Positions 32,734-44,200 of a stretch of 64,000 bases of DNA are shown here, one piece after another. Within the stretch, counting starts at the first letter, position 1, and each line of letters begins with the position of its first letter. Made by a program: the position numbers and the translations under genes. The stretch is from positions 320,001-384,000 of the forward strand of contig JASGHJ010000002.1 of assembly GCA_047602405.1 (NCBI GenBank), in the 5' to 3' direction. The notes below the pieces were generated by a model that made no database searches, was not told the DNA's origin, and saw nothing but the letters and a program-made list of their open reading frames with translations. The DNA is from Anaeromyxobacteraceae bacterium (GTDB lineage: Bacteria; Myxococcota; Myxococcia; Myxococcales; Anaeromyxobacteraceae).

Positions 32734-34479
32734 ATGCGCCATCGTGTCCGCATGCCGGAGCCGCATTCGCATCTCTTTCACCTGGAGTTCGAGGTCGACC
32801 GTCCGGGTGAGACCCTCGAGCTCGCGTTTCCGGTGTGGACGCCCGGCAGCTACCTGGTGCGCGAATTCGCGCGCCACGTGGAGGGGCTCGCCGCCTCCGA
32901 CGGACAGGGGCGCGCACTCGCCGTCCACAGGCTGGACAAGCGCCGACTGCGGGTGGACTCGGCCGGCGCCGCGCGCGTGGTGGTGAGCTTCCGCGTCTAC
33001 GCGAACGAGCTCACCGTGCGGACCTGTCACCTCGACGGGACGCACGGGTACCTGAACGGCGCGGCGGTGTTCCCCTACGTTCCGGGCCGGGAGCGCGAGC
33101 CGCAGGAGCTCCACGTGGAGCCGCCCGAGGGCTGGAAGGTCTCGACCGCGCTCGCGGGCGGGCCGACCCGGTTCACCGCCCGCGACTACGACGAGCTCGT
33201 GGACTCGCCCCTCGAGATCGGCACCCACCGGCTCGTGCCGTTCACGGCGATGGGCAAGCCGCACGAGCTCGCGATCTGGGGCCGGGGCAACCTCGACGAG
33301 GGGCGGCTCGCCGACGACGCGGCCCGCATCGTCGAGGAGCACGGGCGGATGTTCGGGGGGCTCCCGTACGACCGCTACCTCTTCATCGTGCACCTCGTGG
33401 ACAAGCGGCGCGGCGGGCTCGAGCACGCCGCCTCGACGACGCTCTCCATCGGCCGCCACCAGTTCTTCCCGAAGGACGCCTACGAGGAGACCCTCGGGCT
33501 CGTCTCGCACGAGTTCTTCCACGTCTGGAACGTGAAGAAGCTCCGCCCGGCCGCGTTCGTGCCCTTCGACTACGGGCAGGAGCAGTACACGCGGCTCCTC
33601 TGGTGGTTCGAGGGGGCGACCTCCTACTACGAAGGGCTCGCGCTCGTGCGGGCGGGGCTCGTGCCGGTGCGCTCCCACCTCAGGAACCTCGGCCAGGCGC
33701 TCACGGCGCTCGAGCGGACGCCCGGCGCGCGGAAGATGTCGGTCGAGGAGGCGAGCTTCCTCGCCTGGGTGAAGCACTACCGGCCGGACGAGAACGGCGT
33801 GAACAGCGCCATCTCGTACTACCTCAAGGGCGAGATCGTGGCCTTCGCGCTCGACCTCCTCCTGCGCCGCCACGGCGCGTCGCTCGACGACGTGCTGCGC
33901 GCGCTCCTGAAGCGGTACGAGGCGACGGGCGTGCCGGAGGACGGCGTCGAGGCGGAGGTCGCCCGGCTCGCCGGTGCCGAGGAGGCCCGCGTGTTCTTCG
34001 ACCGGTGGGTGCGCGGCACCGAGCGGGCGCGGCCGGACGTCGAGACCGTCGGGCTCGTCATGCACCGGCGCGCGCCGCACGGGCTCGAGGACAAGGGCGG
34101 CACGGCGGGGAAGCGGGACGAGGCCGACGCGCCGCGGCCGGGCTGGCTCGGGGTGGACCTCGCCGCCGGGCCGAAGCTCGTGGTGCAGCAGGTGCGGGAG
34201 GGGTCGCCGGCGCACCGGGCCGGGCTCTACGCCGAGGACGAGCTCGTCGCCGAGAGCGGGTTCCGGCTCGACCGGGCCAGCCTGTGGGACAGGCTCTGCC
34301 AGCGCGGGCCGGGCGGGACGCTCTGGCTCACCGTGTTCCGGCGGGACGAGCTCGTCGAGGTTGTGCTGCCCCTCGGGGCGCCGCCGGAGGACACGCTCTG
34401 GCTCGAGCCGGCGCCGTTCGCGTCCGAGCTCGACCGGGAGTCGTTCAGGAGCTGGTGCGGGCAGGCGATGCCCGAGTAG
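32734..34479 (+). CDS. M61 family glycyl aminopeptidase with PDZ domain
   Basis: Motifs PVWTPGSYLVREF, GGLEH, HEFFHVWN, WWFEGATSYY; C-terminal PDZ GSPAHRAGL. Confidence 0.9.
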   Translation: MRHRVRMPEPHSHLFHLEFEVDRPGETLELAFPVWTPGSYLVREFARHVEGLAASDGQGRALAVHRLDKRRLRVDSAGAARVVVSFRVYANELTVRTCHLDGTHGYLNGAAVFPYVPGREREPQELHVEPPEGWKVSTALAGGPTRFTARDYDELVDSPLEIGTHRLVPFTAMGKPHELAIWGRGNLDEGRLADDAARIVEEHGRMFGGLPYDRYLFIVHLVDKRRGGLEHAASTTLSIGRHQFFPKDAYEETLGLVSHEFFHVWNVKKLRPAAFVPFDYGQEQYTRLLWWFEGATSYYEGLALVRAGLVPVRSHLRNLGQALTALERTPGARKMSVEEASFLAWVKHYRPDENGVNSAISYYLKGEIVAFALDLLLRRHGASLDDVLRALLKRYEATGVPEDGVEAEVARLAGAEEARVFFDRWVRGTERARPDVETVGLVMHRRAPHGLEDKGGTAGKRDEADAPRPGWLGVDLAAGPKLVVQQVREGSPAHRAGLYAEDELVAESGFRLDRASLWDRLCQRGPGGTLWLTVFRRDELVEVVLPLGAPPEDTLWLEPAPFASELDRESFRSWCGQAMPE

Positions 34480-34482
34480 GCC

Positions 34483-35352
34483 TCAGCCCGCGGTGCCGTG
34501 CCCGGCGCCGCGGGTGTAATCGAACTCCGACCCGAAGATGCTGTGCGGGATGAAGTAGACGAGCAGCATCACGGCCGCCGCGGTCAGGACCGCGGCGCGC
34601 GCGCGGGCGGGGTACCGCGCGGCGACGACGGCCGCCGCCACCCAGGCCAGGAGCTCGACGACCACCTTGTTGTCGGTCCAGTCGTGCCCGAAGGGCCACC
34701 CCGACCAGAGCACGCCGAACGCGAACTGCTGCATCGCGGGGCCGAGCACGAACGCGCCCAGGAAGAAGGAGGCGATCGTCGCGCGCAGGAGGCCCGTGAC
34801 CTCGCGGCCGCGCAGGGCCTCGATCGCCGTGCGCAGGCCGAACGTGAGCGACAGGAAGATGACGAGCACGTGCACGAGTACGAGCAGGCGCGGCACGGGC
34901 GCCTTGTAGCGCGCGTACACCGGCTGCTCGCCGGTGATCGACCGCCAGCCGGTCCCGTCCTCGAGGTCGACGAGGAACTCGTACTTCCCGGCCCGCTCGG
35001 ACAGCGAGGGCAGGGTGGCGCCGAGGCCCTTCACCTCCTCGGTCACCCCGCGGCGGGAGAGGCGGAACGTCCCGGGCGCGAAGGCCTGGGTGGACCAGCC
35101 GTCGTGCGACCGGTAGCGGCGGTAGCGGACCTGCGCGGCGAGGCCGGCGGGGACCGGGCCGGGCAGGACGAGGGCGAGGTCGTTCCCGATCTCCTCCGAG
35201 CGCAGGAGCTTGAACGCCACCGGGCCGCGGGCGGTCTCGACCCGCCCCTCGAGCGGATAGGTCGGGCCGGTCCGGTTCTGGAAGGCGAAGCAGAGGACGC
35301 TCAGGGCGGCCGCGGCGGCCCAGGCGAGGGCGGAGGAGGCCTTGGGTGTCAC
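34483..35352 (-). CDS. Integral membrane hypothetical protein
   Basis: N-terminal hydrophobic helix, soluble region with TGPTYP, and about four C-terminal TM helices (WSGWPFGHDWTDNK, FIPHS). Confidence 0.75.
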   Translation of the reverse strand: MTPKASSALAWAAAAALSVLCFAFQNRTGPTYPLEGRVETARGPVAFKLLRSEEIGNDLALVLPGPVPAGLAAQVRYRRYRSHDGWSTQAFAPGTFRLSRRGVTEEVKGLGATLPSLSERAGKYEFLVDLEDGTGWRSITGEQPVYARYKAPVPRLLVLVHVLVIFLSLTFGLRTAIEALRGREVTGLLRATIASFFLGAFVLGPAMQQFAFGVLWSGWPFGHDWTDNKVVVELLAWVAAAVVAARYPARARAAVLTAAAVMLLVYFIPHSIFGSEFDYTRGAGHGTAG

Positions 35353-35426
35353 GCGGCCACGCTACCACGCCAGGTCGTCTCGGGCCGCGACCGCCAGGCC
35401 CGTCCCGCGCTATAACCCCCGGCGCC

Positions 35427-36746
35427 ATGCCCTTCGAGCCCAAGGCCCACGCCGACCGCCGCGCCCGGATCCTCGCCGAGATGGAGCGCCGGGGCGGCGG
35501 CGTCATGATCCTGCCCGCCGCCGTCGAGCAGCCGCGCAACGCCGACAGCGAGTTCCTGTTCCGCCAGGACTCCGACCACGCCTACGTGACAGGGCTCGAC
35601 GAGCCGGAGGGCGCGGCGGTCCTCGTCGCCCTCGGTGGCGAGCGCAAGTTCGTGCTGTTCGTCCGGCCGCGCGACAAGGAGAAGGAGATCTGGAACGGGA
35701 AGCGCGCCGGGGTGGAGGGCGCGAAGGAGCGGTTCGGCGCCGACGAGGCGTACGTGCCGGCCGAGCTCGAGGCGAAGCTGACCGAGTGGCTGAACGGCGC
35801 GCCGACGCTCTGGTACAAGCTCGGCTTCTCGCAGGAGTGGGACGCCCGGGTGGTGGGGATCCTCGCGAACCTGCGCGCGGGCGGGCGGCTCATGAAGCGC
35901 GCGCCGGGCGCGGTCGTCGACCCGGGGCGGATCGTGCACGAGCTCAGGCTCGTGAAGACGCCGGAGGAGCTCACCCGGCTGCGCCGCGCCGCCGAGATCA
36001 CGGCCGAGGCGCACATGCAGGCGATGCGCGACGGCCAGGCCGGGCGCCGCGAGGGCCAGGTGCAGGCGGAGATCGAGTACCTGTTCCGGCGCCGCGGCTG
36101 CACCGGCCCGGGCTACGGCACCATCGTCGCCGCCGGCGCGAACTCGACCATCCTGCACTACCGCGCGGGCGACGAGGTGCTGCAGGACGGCCAGGTCTGC
36201 CTCGTGGACGCCGGCGGCGAGTACGAGTGGTACACGGCGGACATCACCCGCACCTTCCCGGTCTCGGGCGAGTTCAGCCCCGCGCAGCGCGAGCTCTACG
36301 AGGCGTGCCTCGAGGTGCAGAAGCAGGCCATCGAGGCCGTGAAGCCTGGCGCCACCATCGACGGCATCCACGAGGGCGTCGTGCGCGGGCTCACCGAGGC
36401 GCTCGTGAAGCTGAAGCTCCTCGAGGGCCCGGTGGACGCGCGCATCGAGGACAAGGCGTTCCGCCGCTACTACATGCACCGGACCAGCCACTGGCTCGGC
36501 CTGGACGTGCACGACGCCGGCGACTACCACGTGGACGGGAAGTCCCGCCCGCTCGTGCCCGGCATGGTGATCACCATCGAGCCCGGCCTCTACGTGGCCG
36601 AGGACGACGAGCGCGCGCCGAAGGAGCTCCGCGGCGTGGGCATCCGCATCGAGGACGACGTCCTCGTCACCGCGGACGGCCAGGAGAACCTGACCGCCGC
36701 GGCGCCGAAGGAGGTCGACGAGATCGAGGCGGTGTGCGTGCGGTGA
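35427..36746 (+). CDS. pepP: Xaa-Pro aminopeptidase (aminopeptidase P)
   Basis: Motifs FRQDSD, LHY, DAGGE…ADITRT, HWLGLDVHD, TIEPGLY, GIRIEDD. Confidence 0.92.
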   Translation: MPFEPKAHADRRARILAEMERRGGGVMILPAAVEQPRNADSEFLFRQDSDHAYVTGLDEPEGAAVLVALGGERKFVLFVRPRDKEKEIWNGKRAGVEGAKERFGADEAYVPAELEAKLTEWLNGAPTLWYKLGFSQEWDARVVGILANLRAGGRLMKRAPGAVVDPGRIVHELRLVKTPEELTRLRRAAEITAEAHMQAMRDGQAGRREGQVQAEIEYLFRRRGCTGPGYGTIVAAGANSTILHYRAGDEVLQDGQVCLVDAGGEYEWYTADITRTFPVSGEFSPAQRELYEACLEVQKQAIEAVKPGATIDGIHEGVVRGLTEALVKLKLLEGPVDARIEDKAFRRYYMHRTSHWLGLDVHDAGDYHVDGKSRPLVPGMVITIEPGLYVAEDDERAPKELRGVGIRIEDDVLVTADGQENLTAAAPKEVDEIEAVCVR

Positions 36747-36753
36747 GCCGCCG

Positions 36754-39700
36754 TCAGGGCCGCCGGTAGCGCACCGTCACCGCGACCGCGTCGGTCGCGA
36801 TCTGGGCGGCGGTGACGCCCGACGACGTGCCGCGCGGGAGGACCTGGAACGACAGCTCTCGCGCGGCGCCGTGGAAGAGGAGCGCGGCGGGGAGGGGCGA
36901 GGCCGGAGTCCAGGTCCAGGTGGTGCGCGCGGGCGCGGCCGCGGTGGCGCCGTTCGTGCCGAGGTCCTGCCAGCCCCCCGTCCAGCCCTGCAGCGCCACC
37001 CCGTTCGGTCCGGCGGGCGAGGTCGCGCCGGTCGTCCAGGAGAGATCGATCTGCTGGATGGGGCAGGCGGCCGCGTTCGACACGCAGACCGCCGGGTCGG
37101 GCCCGCCGGCGCGGGAGAAGTCGGCGGTGAAGAGCTGGGCCGGCGAGCCCTTCGCCGGCGACTCCCAGGTCCACGGGGAGGCCTCGACGAACACCGCCTG
37201 CCCGGTGCCGGCGTCGAAGGCGACCACCGGGGTCGCGGGCGTCGCGCCGCCGAGGGGGTTCGCGGAGGTGAGGGGCACGAGGCGGTTCCCGGCAAGGTCC
37301 ACCGCGAACGCGCCGCCGTTGTCGTGGAGCACCGGGGCGCCGAGGGTGGTGTCCCAGAAGAACGCCATCAGCGACGAGGGCTGCGGGCCCGTGAGCGTGT
37401 GCTTTGCCCAGCTCGTCGTGGCCCGCCGCCACTCCCAGACGACGTACGGTCCCGAGGAGAAGTTGGCCGAGTCGTCGAGGAGGAGCAGCGTGGAGAGCGC
37501 GGTGCTCCAGACCACGTGGTCCCGGCACTTGCAGGGCGGCACGACGGCGTTCACGGTGGCCGAGGGCGTGCCGTCGCCCTCCGGGTCGTTCCAGGTCGGG
37601 CCGCCGCCGGTCGAGAGCGCCCAGGTGGCGCCGGTCCATTCCCAGACGTCGAGCGTGCACTGCTGGTGAGCGCTCGTGTCGAAGTAGGAGTCGTAGCCGC
37701 CCACGCGGTAGAGCTTGTTCCCGACGGTGTCGGTCGCCGTGCCGGCCTCGGTCCGGAACTTGCCCGCAGCGCCGAAGGCGCCGACCGGGTGCGAGGCGGC
37801 CTCGAGGAGCGACCAGGCGGCGCCGTTCCAGCGGTACGTGTCGCCGAGCGCGACGTTCAGCGCGTTGCCGCCGAAGAGGAGCACGTCCGACCCGAGCGCG
37901 CCGATGGCGCTGCCGCTCCCCGCGGCGTTGGCACCGCCGCTGGCCCGGTGGGCCCAGGACACGCGATCCCACTCCCAGGTCTCGAGCGTGTTGCCCTGCT
38001 GCGGGAAGACCACGCGGCCCCGGCCCGGCACGTAGACCGGGGTGGAGGTGCGGGAGAGGACCGAGGGGTTGCCGTCCGCCTCGGGGTCGCCGGGGGCGAG
38101 CGAGGCGTACGCCGCGCCGTCCCACGCACGCAGGGTGGAGGGGACCGCGGTGTCGCCGAACATCACGACGCGCTTCGAGCTCGCGTCGTAGGCGGCGGCG
38201 TGCTGGCGCAGGTCGAGCGCGCCGGGCGTGACGTCGAACCACGTCGGCACGCCGGCGATCCGGCGGAGCACCCAGGTCTTGCCGTCCACCGTGGCGGAGA
38301 GCTCCGGGCGGCCGGACTGCAGGAACAGCTCCTTCCTGCCCGGGTCCCAGGTCCAGGCGTAGTCACTCCGCGGGAAAGGCGTCGCGGCCCCGGCGGTCGC
38401 GACCGGGTTCCAGGTGGCGCCGTCGTAGCACCACAGATCGCCGAGGTAGGTCCCGGCCTGGGTCCGCCCGCCGTAGAGGCAGGTCTGGTTCACGTCGGTG
38501 TCGAAGTACAGCGCCGAGAACTGCCGCACCGGGGACGGGCTCTGCGGCGGCGAGACCGTCTTCCACGCCGTGCCGTTCCACTCGTAGGTTCCGCCGTTCG
38601 TGCCGTAGAGCACGAGCACGGCGCGCTTCGCGTCCCAGGCGTGGATGCCGGCGACCGCGGGCCCCGCGCCGAGGTTCCTCCAGCTCGTCCCGTTCCAGAG
38701 CCAGAGGGCGCCGGTGTACGCGAGGAGCCCGCCGCGGATCGGGTCGAACACGAGGGGGCCGAAGTAGTTCTTGCTCAGGTTGCCGTCGCCCTCCGGGTCG
38801 GTCGGGAGCACCTCCCGCCAGATGGCGCCGTTCCACTCCCAGAGGTCACCCGGGAAGGTGGTGTTCGCGAGCAGGCCGTTCGCGACGACGACGACCCCGC
38901 GGGCGGGGTCCGCGCCCATCGCGTACAGGACGCGGGCGCCCGGGTCGATCGCGCCGGCGGTGGGCCGCCAGAGGGCGGACGCGGTCGTCACGAGGCTCGC
39001 GGCGTCGCCGGCCACGCCGACGGCCGCCCCCGAGGCCTGCACCGCGTCGAGCTGCGCGAGCGCGCCCAGCGTGCGCGTGCGCGCCTCCAGCCGGTGCGGG
39101 TTCTCGAAGGTGGAGCCGGGGACCTTGCCGGCGAGCGCCGCGGTCCAGGCGACGTCGACGACGCGCGTGCGCGGGCTCTCGTTGCCGGCCTTGTCGAGCG
39201 TGGACACGTAGAGCTCCGCCGGGTCCGAGCCGAGCTGCAGGGTGAACGGGCCCTGGGCCGCCGACGGCGCGTGGCGGCCGACCTCCTTCGCGCCCGCCGT
39301 CGGGCCGTCCCAGGCGATCATCGCGATCGCGTCGGTGCCGGTGGACGCGAGCGAGGCGTCGAGCTGCAGGACCGGCGTCGGGTCGGCGTCCGTGCCCCAG
39401 GGCCAGCGGGTCCAGAGGACGCCGGGCGTGGCCGCGGCGCCCGGGTCGGGCGCGGGCGGCGGCGTGCCGTCCACGTTGACCGTGGCGAGCGCCTGGGGCG
39501 TCGCGTGGGAGTTCCCCGCCGCGTCCGTCCCCGTCCAGGTCACGTTCCACGTGGCCGCCGGGTACGCCGTGGCGTCGGGCCCGAGCGTGAACGTGAAGGA
39601 CGTCTTCGCCGCGTTCGAGCTGGTCAGGGAGAGGGCGCGGCTCGGGTTGCCGCCGGGTGCGGCCGCGGTCACGACCGGCGTGCCGGACAGCGGCTCGTCG

Positions 39701-41202
39701 GTGAGCAGGGCGATCTCCCAGGACGAGCCGGTGCCCACCGCCTGGACGTTCACGTTGCGGGTGGAGGCGGAGCCGAGGTAGCGGGCCGCGGGTGCGCTCG
39801 CGAGACCGGGCGGCGTGAAGTCGAGGACGAGCGGCGCAGAGGCCGTGCCGACGTTGCCGGCCAGGTCGGCGGCGCTGATGGAGACGTTGGCGCCGCCCTC
39901 CGGGTAGGTGCCGAGCACCGGGCCCGTCGAGGTGCAGGTGTAGACGAGGCCCGCGGGCGCCGCGCAGGAGAAGGCGAGCGTGGCTACGCCGACGTCGAGC
40001 TTCACCGAGGGGGCCGAGGCCGGGGCCTCGCCGAGGGTGAACGTGACCGCCACGGTGTCGCCGGCCTTGTAGAGCCGGTTCGCCTTCGTGACCGCGGCGC
40101 CGGTGATCGCGGGCGGGGTCGAGTCGACCGCGAAGGTGCCGAGCGTCTTCCCGGCGGCGGGGTTCCCGGCGGGATCCGCGGCGGAGACGAGCGTCACCGC
40201 GTAGGTCGCGTTCGCCGCGCCCGCGGGGACGTCGTAGGAGAGGGCGTACGTGCCGTCGTTGATCTTGCCGACGGTGGGCGCGACGGTGGCGCCGCCGCCG
40301 GCGGGCACGAGCGAGACCACCGGCGCCGCGCCGAGCGCCTCGGAGAACTGGACCGAGCCGAGGAAGGTCGTGCCCGGGCGCACCGCGGGGGTCGCCACCG
40401 CCGAGTCCACGACCGTGGGCACGGTGAAGTCGAAGGTGACCCCGCCGGCGAGCGTCGACTCGAGCACGTTGCCCGCGAGGTCCGTGGCCGCGAGGGCGAA
40501 CTTCACGTCTCCCGACTCGGGCTCGGAGCCGTCGAGCGTCCGCGAGAACCTCCACTGGGTGCCGCTCCCGCCGACCGGGGCGACCGCGAAGGTCTTCCCG
40601 CCCGCGGCGAGCGTGGGCGAGGCCGTCACCGCCTCGTCGAAGGTGACCGTCACGTCGAACGCGGTGCCCTTCCGCGCGTGGAGGGTGCCGAAATCCGTCG
40701 CGACGGCGCCGGGCGCCGTGAGGTCGAGCTCGAACGTGCCGACGAGCTGGTCGGCGGCCTCGTTGCCGTAGAGGTCGACGAGCGTGGCGAGGACGGTCTT
40801 CGGGCCGGCGCCGAGGTCGGAGGTCACCGAGAACTGCACCGTGTAGTCGCGCCCGACGCCGTCCGCCCTGTTGAGGGGCACGCTCGAGCCCTGGAGGTGC
40901 ACGAACGGCTCGCTCGAGAGGTCCTCGCTCGCGGTGAAGGTCACGGTGACGGTGTCGCCGGCGTGGACGCGCGCCGGGCCGACCTGTGGGCCGACGAGCG
41001 CCGGCGCGGTCTGGTCCGCGCCTCCCTTCTCGACGCAGCGGTCGAGCACCTGCGAGCAGAAGAAGCCGCTCGGGCAGTCGCCGTCGGTCGCGCAGGTCAC
41101 CTTCGCGCCCGGCGGGAGCGGGTCGATTGCCGCGGAGCAGGCGGCGAGGAGCGCGGCAACCACGAGGACCGCGAGGCGAGGCGTGCGAGCGTGGGCGGGC
41201 AT
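36754..41202 (-). CDS. Large surface lipoprotein (Cys-rich N-terminal motif, Ig-like stalk, Kelch/beta-propeller-like repeats), paralog B
   Basis: Lipobox LLAAC; CATDGDCPSGFFC; D-x-AGN Ig-type repeats; repeated WEW[ND]G motifs. Confidence 0.8.
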   Translation of the reverse strand: MPAHARTPRLAVLVVAALLAACSAAIDPLPPGAKVTCATDGDCPSGFFCSQVLDRCVEKGGADQTAPALVGPQVGPARVHAGDTVTVTFTASEDLSSEPFVHLQGSSVPLNRADGVGRDYTVQFSVTSDLGAGPKTVLATLVDLYGNEAADQLVGTFELDLTAPGAVATDFGTLHARKGTAFDVTVTFDEAVTASPTLAAGGKTFAVAPVGGSGTQWRFSRTLDGSEPESGDVKFALAATDLAGNVLESTLAGGVTFDFTVPTVVDSAVATPAVRPGTTFLGSVQFSEALGAAPVVSLVPAGGGATVAPTVGKINDGTYALSYDVPAGAANATYAVTLVSAADPAGNPAAGKTLGTFAVDSTPPAITGAAVTKANRLYKAGDTVAVTFTLGEAPASAPSVKLDVGVATLAFSCAAPAGLVYTCTSTGPVLGTYPEGGANVSISAADLAGNVGTASAPLVLDFTPPGLASAPAARYLGSASTRNVNVQAVGTGSSWEIALLTDEPLSGTPVVTAAAPGGNPSRALSLTSSNAAKTSFTFTLGPDATAYPAATWNVTWTGTDAAGNSHATPQALATVNVDGTPPPAPDPGAAATPGVLWTRWPWGTDADPTPVLQLDASLASTGTDAIAMIAWDGPTAGAKEVGRHAPSAAQGPFTLQLGSDPAELYVSTLDKAGNESPRTRVVDVAWTAALAGKVPGSTFENPHRLEARTRTLGALAQLDAVQASGAAVGVAGDAASLVTTASALWRPTAGAIDPGARVLYAMGADPARGVVVVANGLLANTTFPGDLWEWNGAIWREVLPTDPEGDGNLSKNYFGPLVFDPIRGGLLAYTGALWLWNGTSWRNLGAGPAVAGIHAWDAKRAVLVLYGTNGGTYEWNGTAWKTVSPPQSPSPVRQFSALYFDTDVNQTCLYGGRTQAGTYLGDLWCYDGATWNPVATAGAATPFPRSDYAWTWDPGRKELFLQSGRPELSATVDGKTWVLRRIAGVPTWFDVTPGALDLRQHAAAYDASSKRVVMFGDTAVPSTLRAWDGAAYASLAPGDPEADGNPSVLSRTSTPVYVPGRGRVVFPQQGNTLETWEWDRVSWAHRASGGANAAGSGSAIGALGSDVLLFGGNALNVALGDTYRWNGAAWSLLEAASHPVGAFGAAGKFRTEAGTATDTVGNKLYRVGGYDSYFDTSAHQQCTLDVWEWTGATWALSTGGGPTWNDPEGDGTPSATVNAVVPPCKCRDHVVWSTALSTLLLLDDSANFSSGPYVVWEWRRATTSWAKHTLTGPQPSSLMAFFWDTTLGAPVLHDNGGAFAVDLAGNRLVPLTSANPLGGATPATPVVAFDAGTGQAVFVEASPWTWESPAKGSPAQLFTADFSRAGGPDPAVCVSNAAACPIQQIDLSWTTGATSPAGPNGVALQGWTGGWQDLGTNGATAAAPARTTWTWTPASPLPAALLFHGAARELSFQVLPRGTSSGVTAAQIATDAVAVTVRYRRP

Positions 41203-41205
41203 CGG

Positions 41206-44200
41206 TCACGGTCTCCGGTAGCGGATGGTGACGGCGGCGGCGTCGGTGGCGACGCGGGCGGGGCCGGTCGCGGTGGTCGCGCCGGTGGGCGTGAGCGCGA
41301 GGGTGAGCTCGTGCGCGCGGCCGTGGAAGAGGGTGGCGCCGGGCGTGCCGGCGGGGTCGGGCCAGTGCCAGCTCATGAGCCCAGGCGAGGCGACGGTGCC
41401 GCCCGTCGTCGCGACCTGCAGCCAGCTGCCCCACCAGGCGTCGAGGTGCGCACCGTCGCCGGTGCCCGCGGTCCCGCCGCCGTTCCAGGTGACGTCTATG
41501 CTCTGGATCGGGCAGGACGCGCCGGGCAGGCACGTCGAGGGATCGGGGCCGTTCGCGCGCGAGTAGTCGACGGTGAAGACGTGGGCGGGCCGGCCGCTCG
41601 CGGTGGACTCCCAGACCCAGGGCAGCGCGCCGAGGCCCACGCCCTGCTTCGCCCCGAAGTCCCAGACCACGCCGCCCTCGGTGAGCGGCGTCGGGCCGTA
41701 GGGGTTCGCGTAGGAGAAGCCCGCGGCCGTGTCGTTCGCGAGGTCGACGACGAAGGAGCCGTCCTGGCAGATGACGACCGGCGCCTGGAGCGCCCCGTCC
41801 CAGATGAACTGGGTGAACAGGCTCGAGATCGCGCCGCCGACGAGGTGCTTCTTCCAGCTCGTCGTCGCGGACTTCCACTCCCACACGTTGCGGTCCTCGT
41901 CGAGGGCGAGGAGCGTCGAGCGCGAGGGGTCCCAGACGATCCGCCGGTGGGCCGAGCACTGCTGGCTTCCGAAACCGTTCCCGGGCGAGGGGTTGCCGTC
42001 GCCCTCCGGGTCGAGCCAGGGCTTCGGCGTGTAGGGCGCCACCTGGCCGCCGAGCGGCAGCCACGCCGTGCCGTCCCACTCCCAGAGATCGGGGAAGCAC
42101 GCGGTCACGCCCGCGACCTGGTCGTAGCCGGCCCAGCGGAAGAGCCGTCCCGTCCCGGAGTCGCTCGCCATGCCGACGTCCGCCCGGAACTCCGGGCTCG
42201 GCGAGGCGTGCGCGCTGCCGGGCGAGGCGATCGCCTGGCTCCACTGGATCCCGTCCCAGGTCCAGGTGTCGCCGAGGAAGGCGCCGCCGCCCAGGAGGTC
42301 GATCCCGCCGAACGCCACCAGGCGATTGCGGTACCCACCCACCGCCCCGCCGAACCGCTGGGAGGGGCCGGTGTTCTGGGCCTTGCGCGCCCACGAGGTC
42401 CGGTTCCACTCCCAGGTCTCGCGCGTGAAGTCCAGCGCGGCGCGCACCGCGACGCCGCGGTCGGGCACCCAGGCGAGGTCGCCGTCGGAGGGCGTCTGGG
42501 AGTTGTAGCTCGCGTTCCCGTCGCCCTCGGGATTGCCCGGCGCGACGACAGCGTAGGTCTTCGCGGAGCCGTCCCACGCGCGCATCACGTTCGAGACGCG
42601 GTTCGAGAGGAGGAGCACGCGCGACGACACCGGGTCGAAGGCCGCGGCGTGCTGGTTGAACGCGAGGGCGGGGGCGCCGGCGTCCACCCACGTGCGCGTG
42701 CCGCCCGGGTCGGCGGTGAGCACCCAGGTGTCGGTCCGCGCACCCGAGGTGCCGTTGCCGCCCTGGATGAAGAGCTCCCTGCGGACGGGGTCGAACGCGC
42801 CCGCGCACTCGGTGCGGCTCGGGGGTGCGGTGCCCTGGGTCGCGAGCGTGGACCAGACGCTCCCGTTCCAGCAGACCACGTCCGTGCGGATGAGGGTGCC
42901 GTTCGACCACGCGCCGCCGTACATGCAGGCGCGCTGCGAGACCGTGTCGTAGAAGCCGATCCCGCCCGAGCGCTGCGCCGCACCCGGTGCGCCCTGCACC
43001 TGGACCGCGCGGTGGGTGGTCCCGTCCCATTCGTACGTGCTGTCGGAGCCGTGGTGCATCACGAGCACGCCGCGCTTCTCGTCCCAGACGAGCACGTCGT
43101 AACCGCCGACGTCGAGGAGCTTGCGCCAGCTCGCGCCGTTCCAGAGCCAGATGCCGTTCCCGTTCGAGCTCACGACCACGCCGCCGCGGACCGGGTCGTA
43201 GGTGCGGCCGCCCATGATGAAGCCGGAGGGGTTCCCGTCGCCCTCCGGGTCGCTCGGGAAGACCTGCCGCCACTGGGCGCCGTCCCACTCCCAGCTGTCG
43301 GTCAGGCTCGTGCTCGCGCCCAGTCCGCCGAAGAGGACCATCACGCGCCGTGCGGGATCGGCCACCCAGGCCGGCCAGATGCGGACCGGCGGCACGTCGA
43401 GGCCGGCGGTGGGCCGGAACATGGACGCGACCGAGGTCGTCACCGACTTGCCGTCGCCCTGGACGCCGACGTCCGCCCCGGCGAGCTGCACGCCGTCGAG
43501 CTGCTCGAGCGAGCCCTGGAACCTCGCGCGCGACTCGAGCCGGTGCGGGTTCTCGAAGGTCGAGCCCGGGACCTTGCCGGCGAGGCTCGCGGTCCAGGCC
43601 ACGTCCACCACCCGTGTGCGCGCGCTCTCGTTGCCGGCCCTGTCGAGCGTGGACACGTAGAGCTCCGCCGGATCGGAGCCGAGCTGCATCGCGAACGGCC
43701 CCTGCGCCGCGGACGGCGCGTGACGCCCGACCTCCTTCGCGCCCGCGCCCGGGCCGTCCCAGGCGACCATCGCGATCGCGTCGGTGCCGGCGGAGGCGAG
43801 CGAGGCGTCGAGCTGGAAGACCGGCGTGGGGGCCGCGTCGGTGCCCCAGGGCTTGCGGGTCCAGAGGATGGCGGGCGCGGCCGCGGCGCCCGGGTCCGGC
43901 GCGGGCGGCGGGGTGCCGTCGACCTCGACGGTGGTGATTCGGATCGGCGCGGCCCGCTGGTTGCGGGCGGCGTCGACGGGGTTCCACTCCACGCTCCAGG
44001 CCGCGGCGGGGTACGCCGTCGGGCTCGCGGGGAGCGTGAAGGTGAAGCTCGTCAGGGCGGCGTTGGCCTGGGTGAGCGTGAGCGCGCGCGTGGGCGCGCC
44101 GCCCGGGGCGACCGCGGTGACGGTCGGCGCCGCGCCGAGCGGCTCGTCGGTGAGGAGGGCGATCTCCCAGCTCGACCCGGTGCCCACCGCCTGGACGTTC

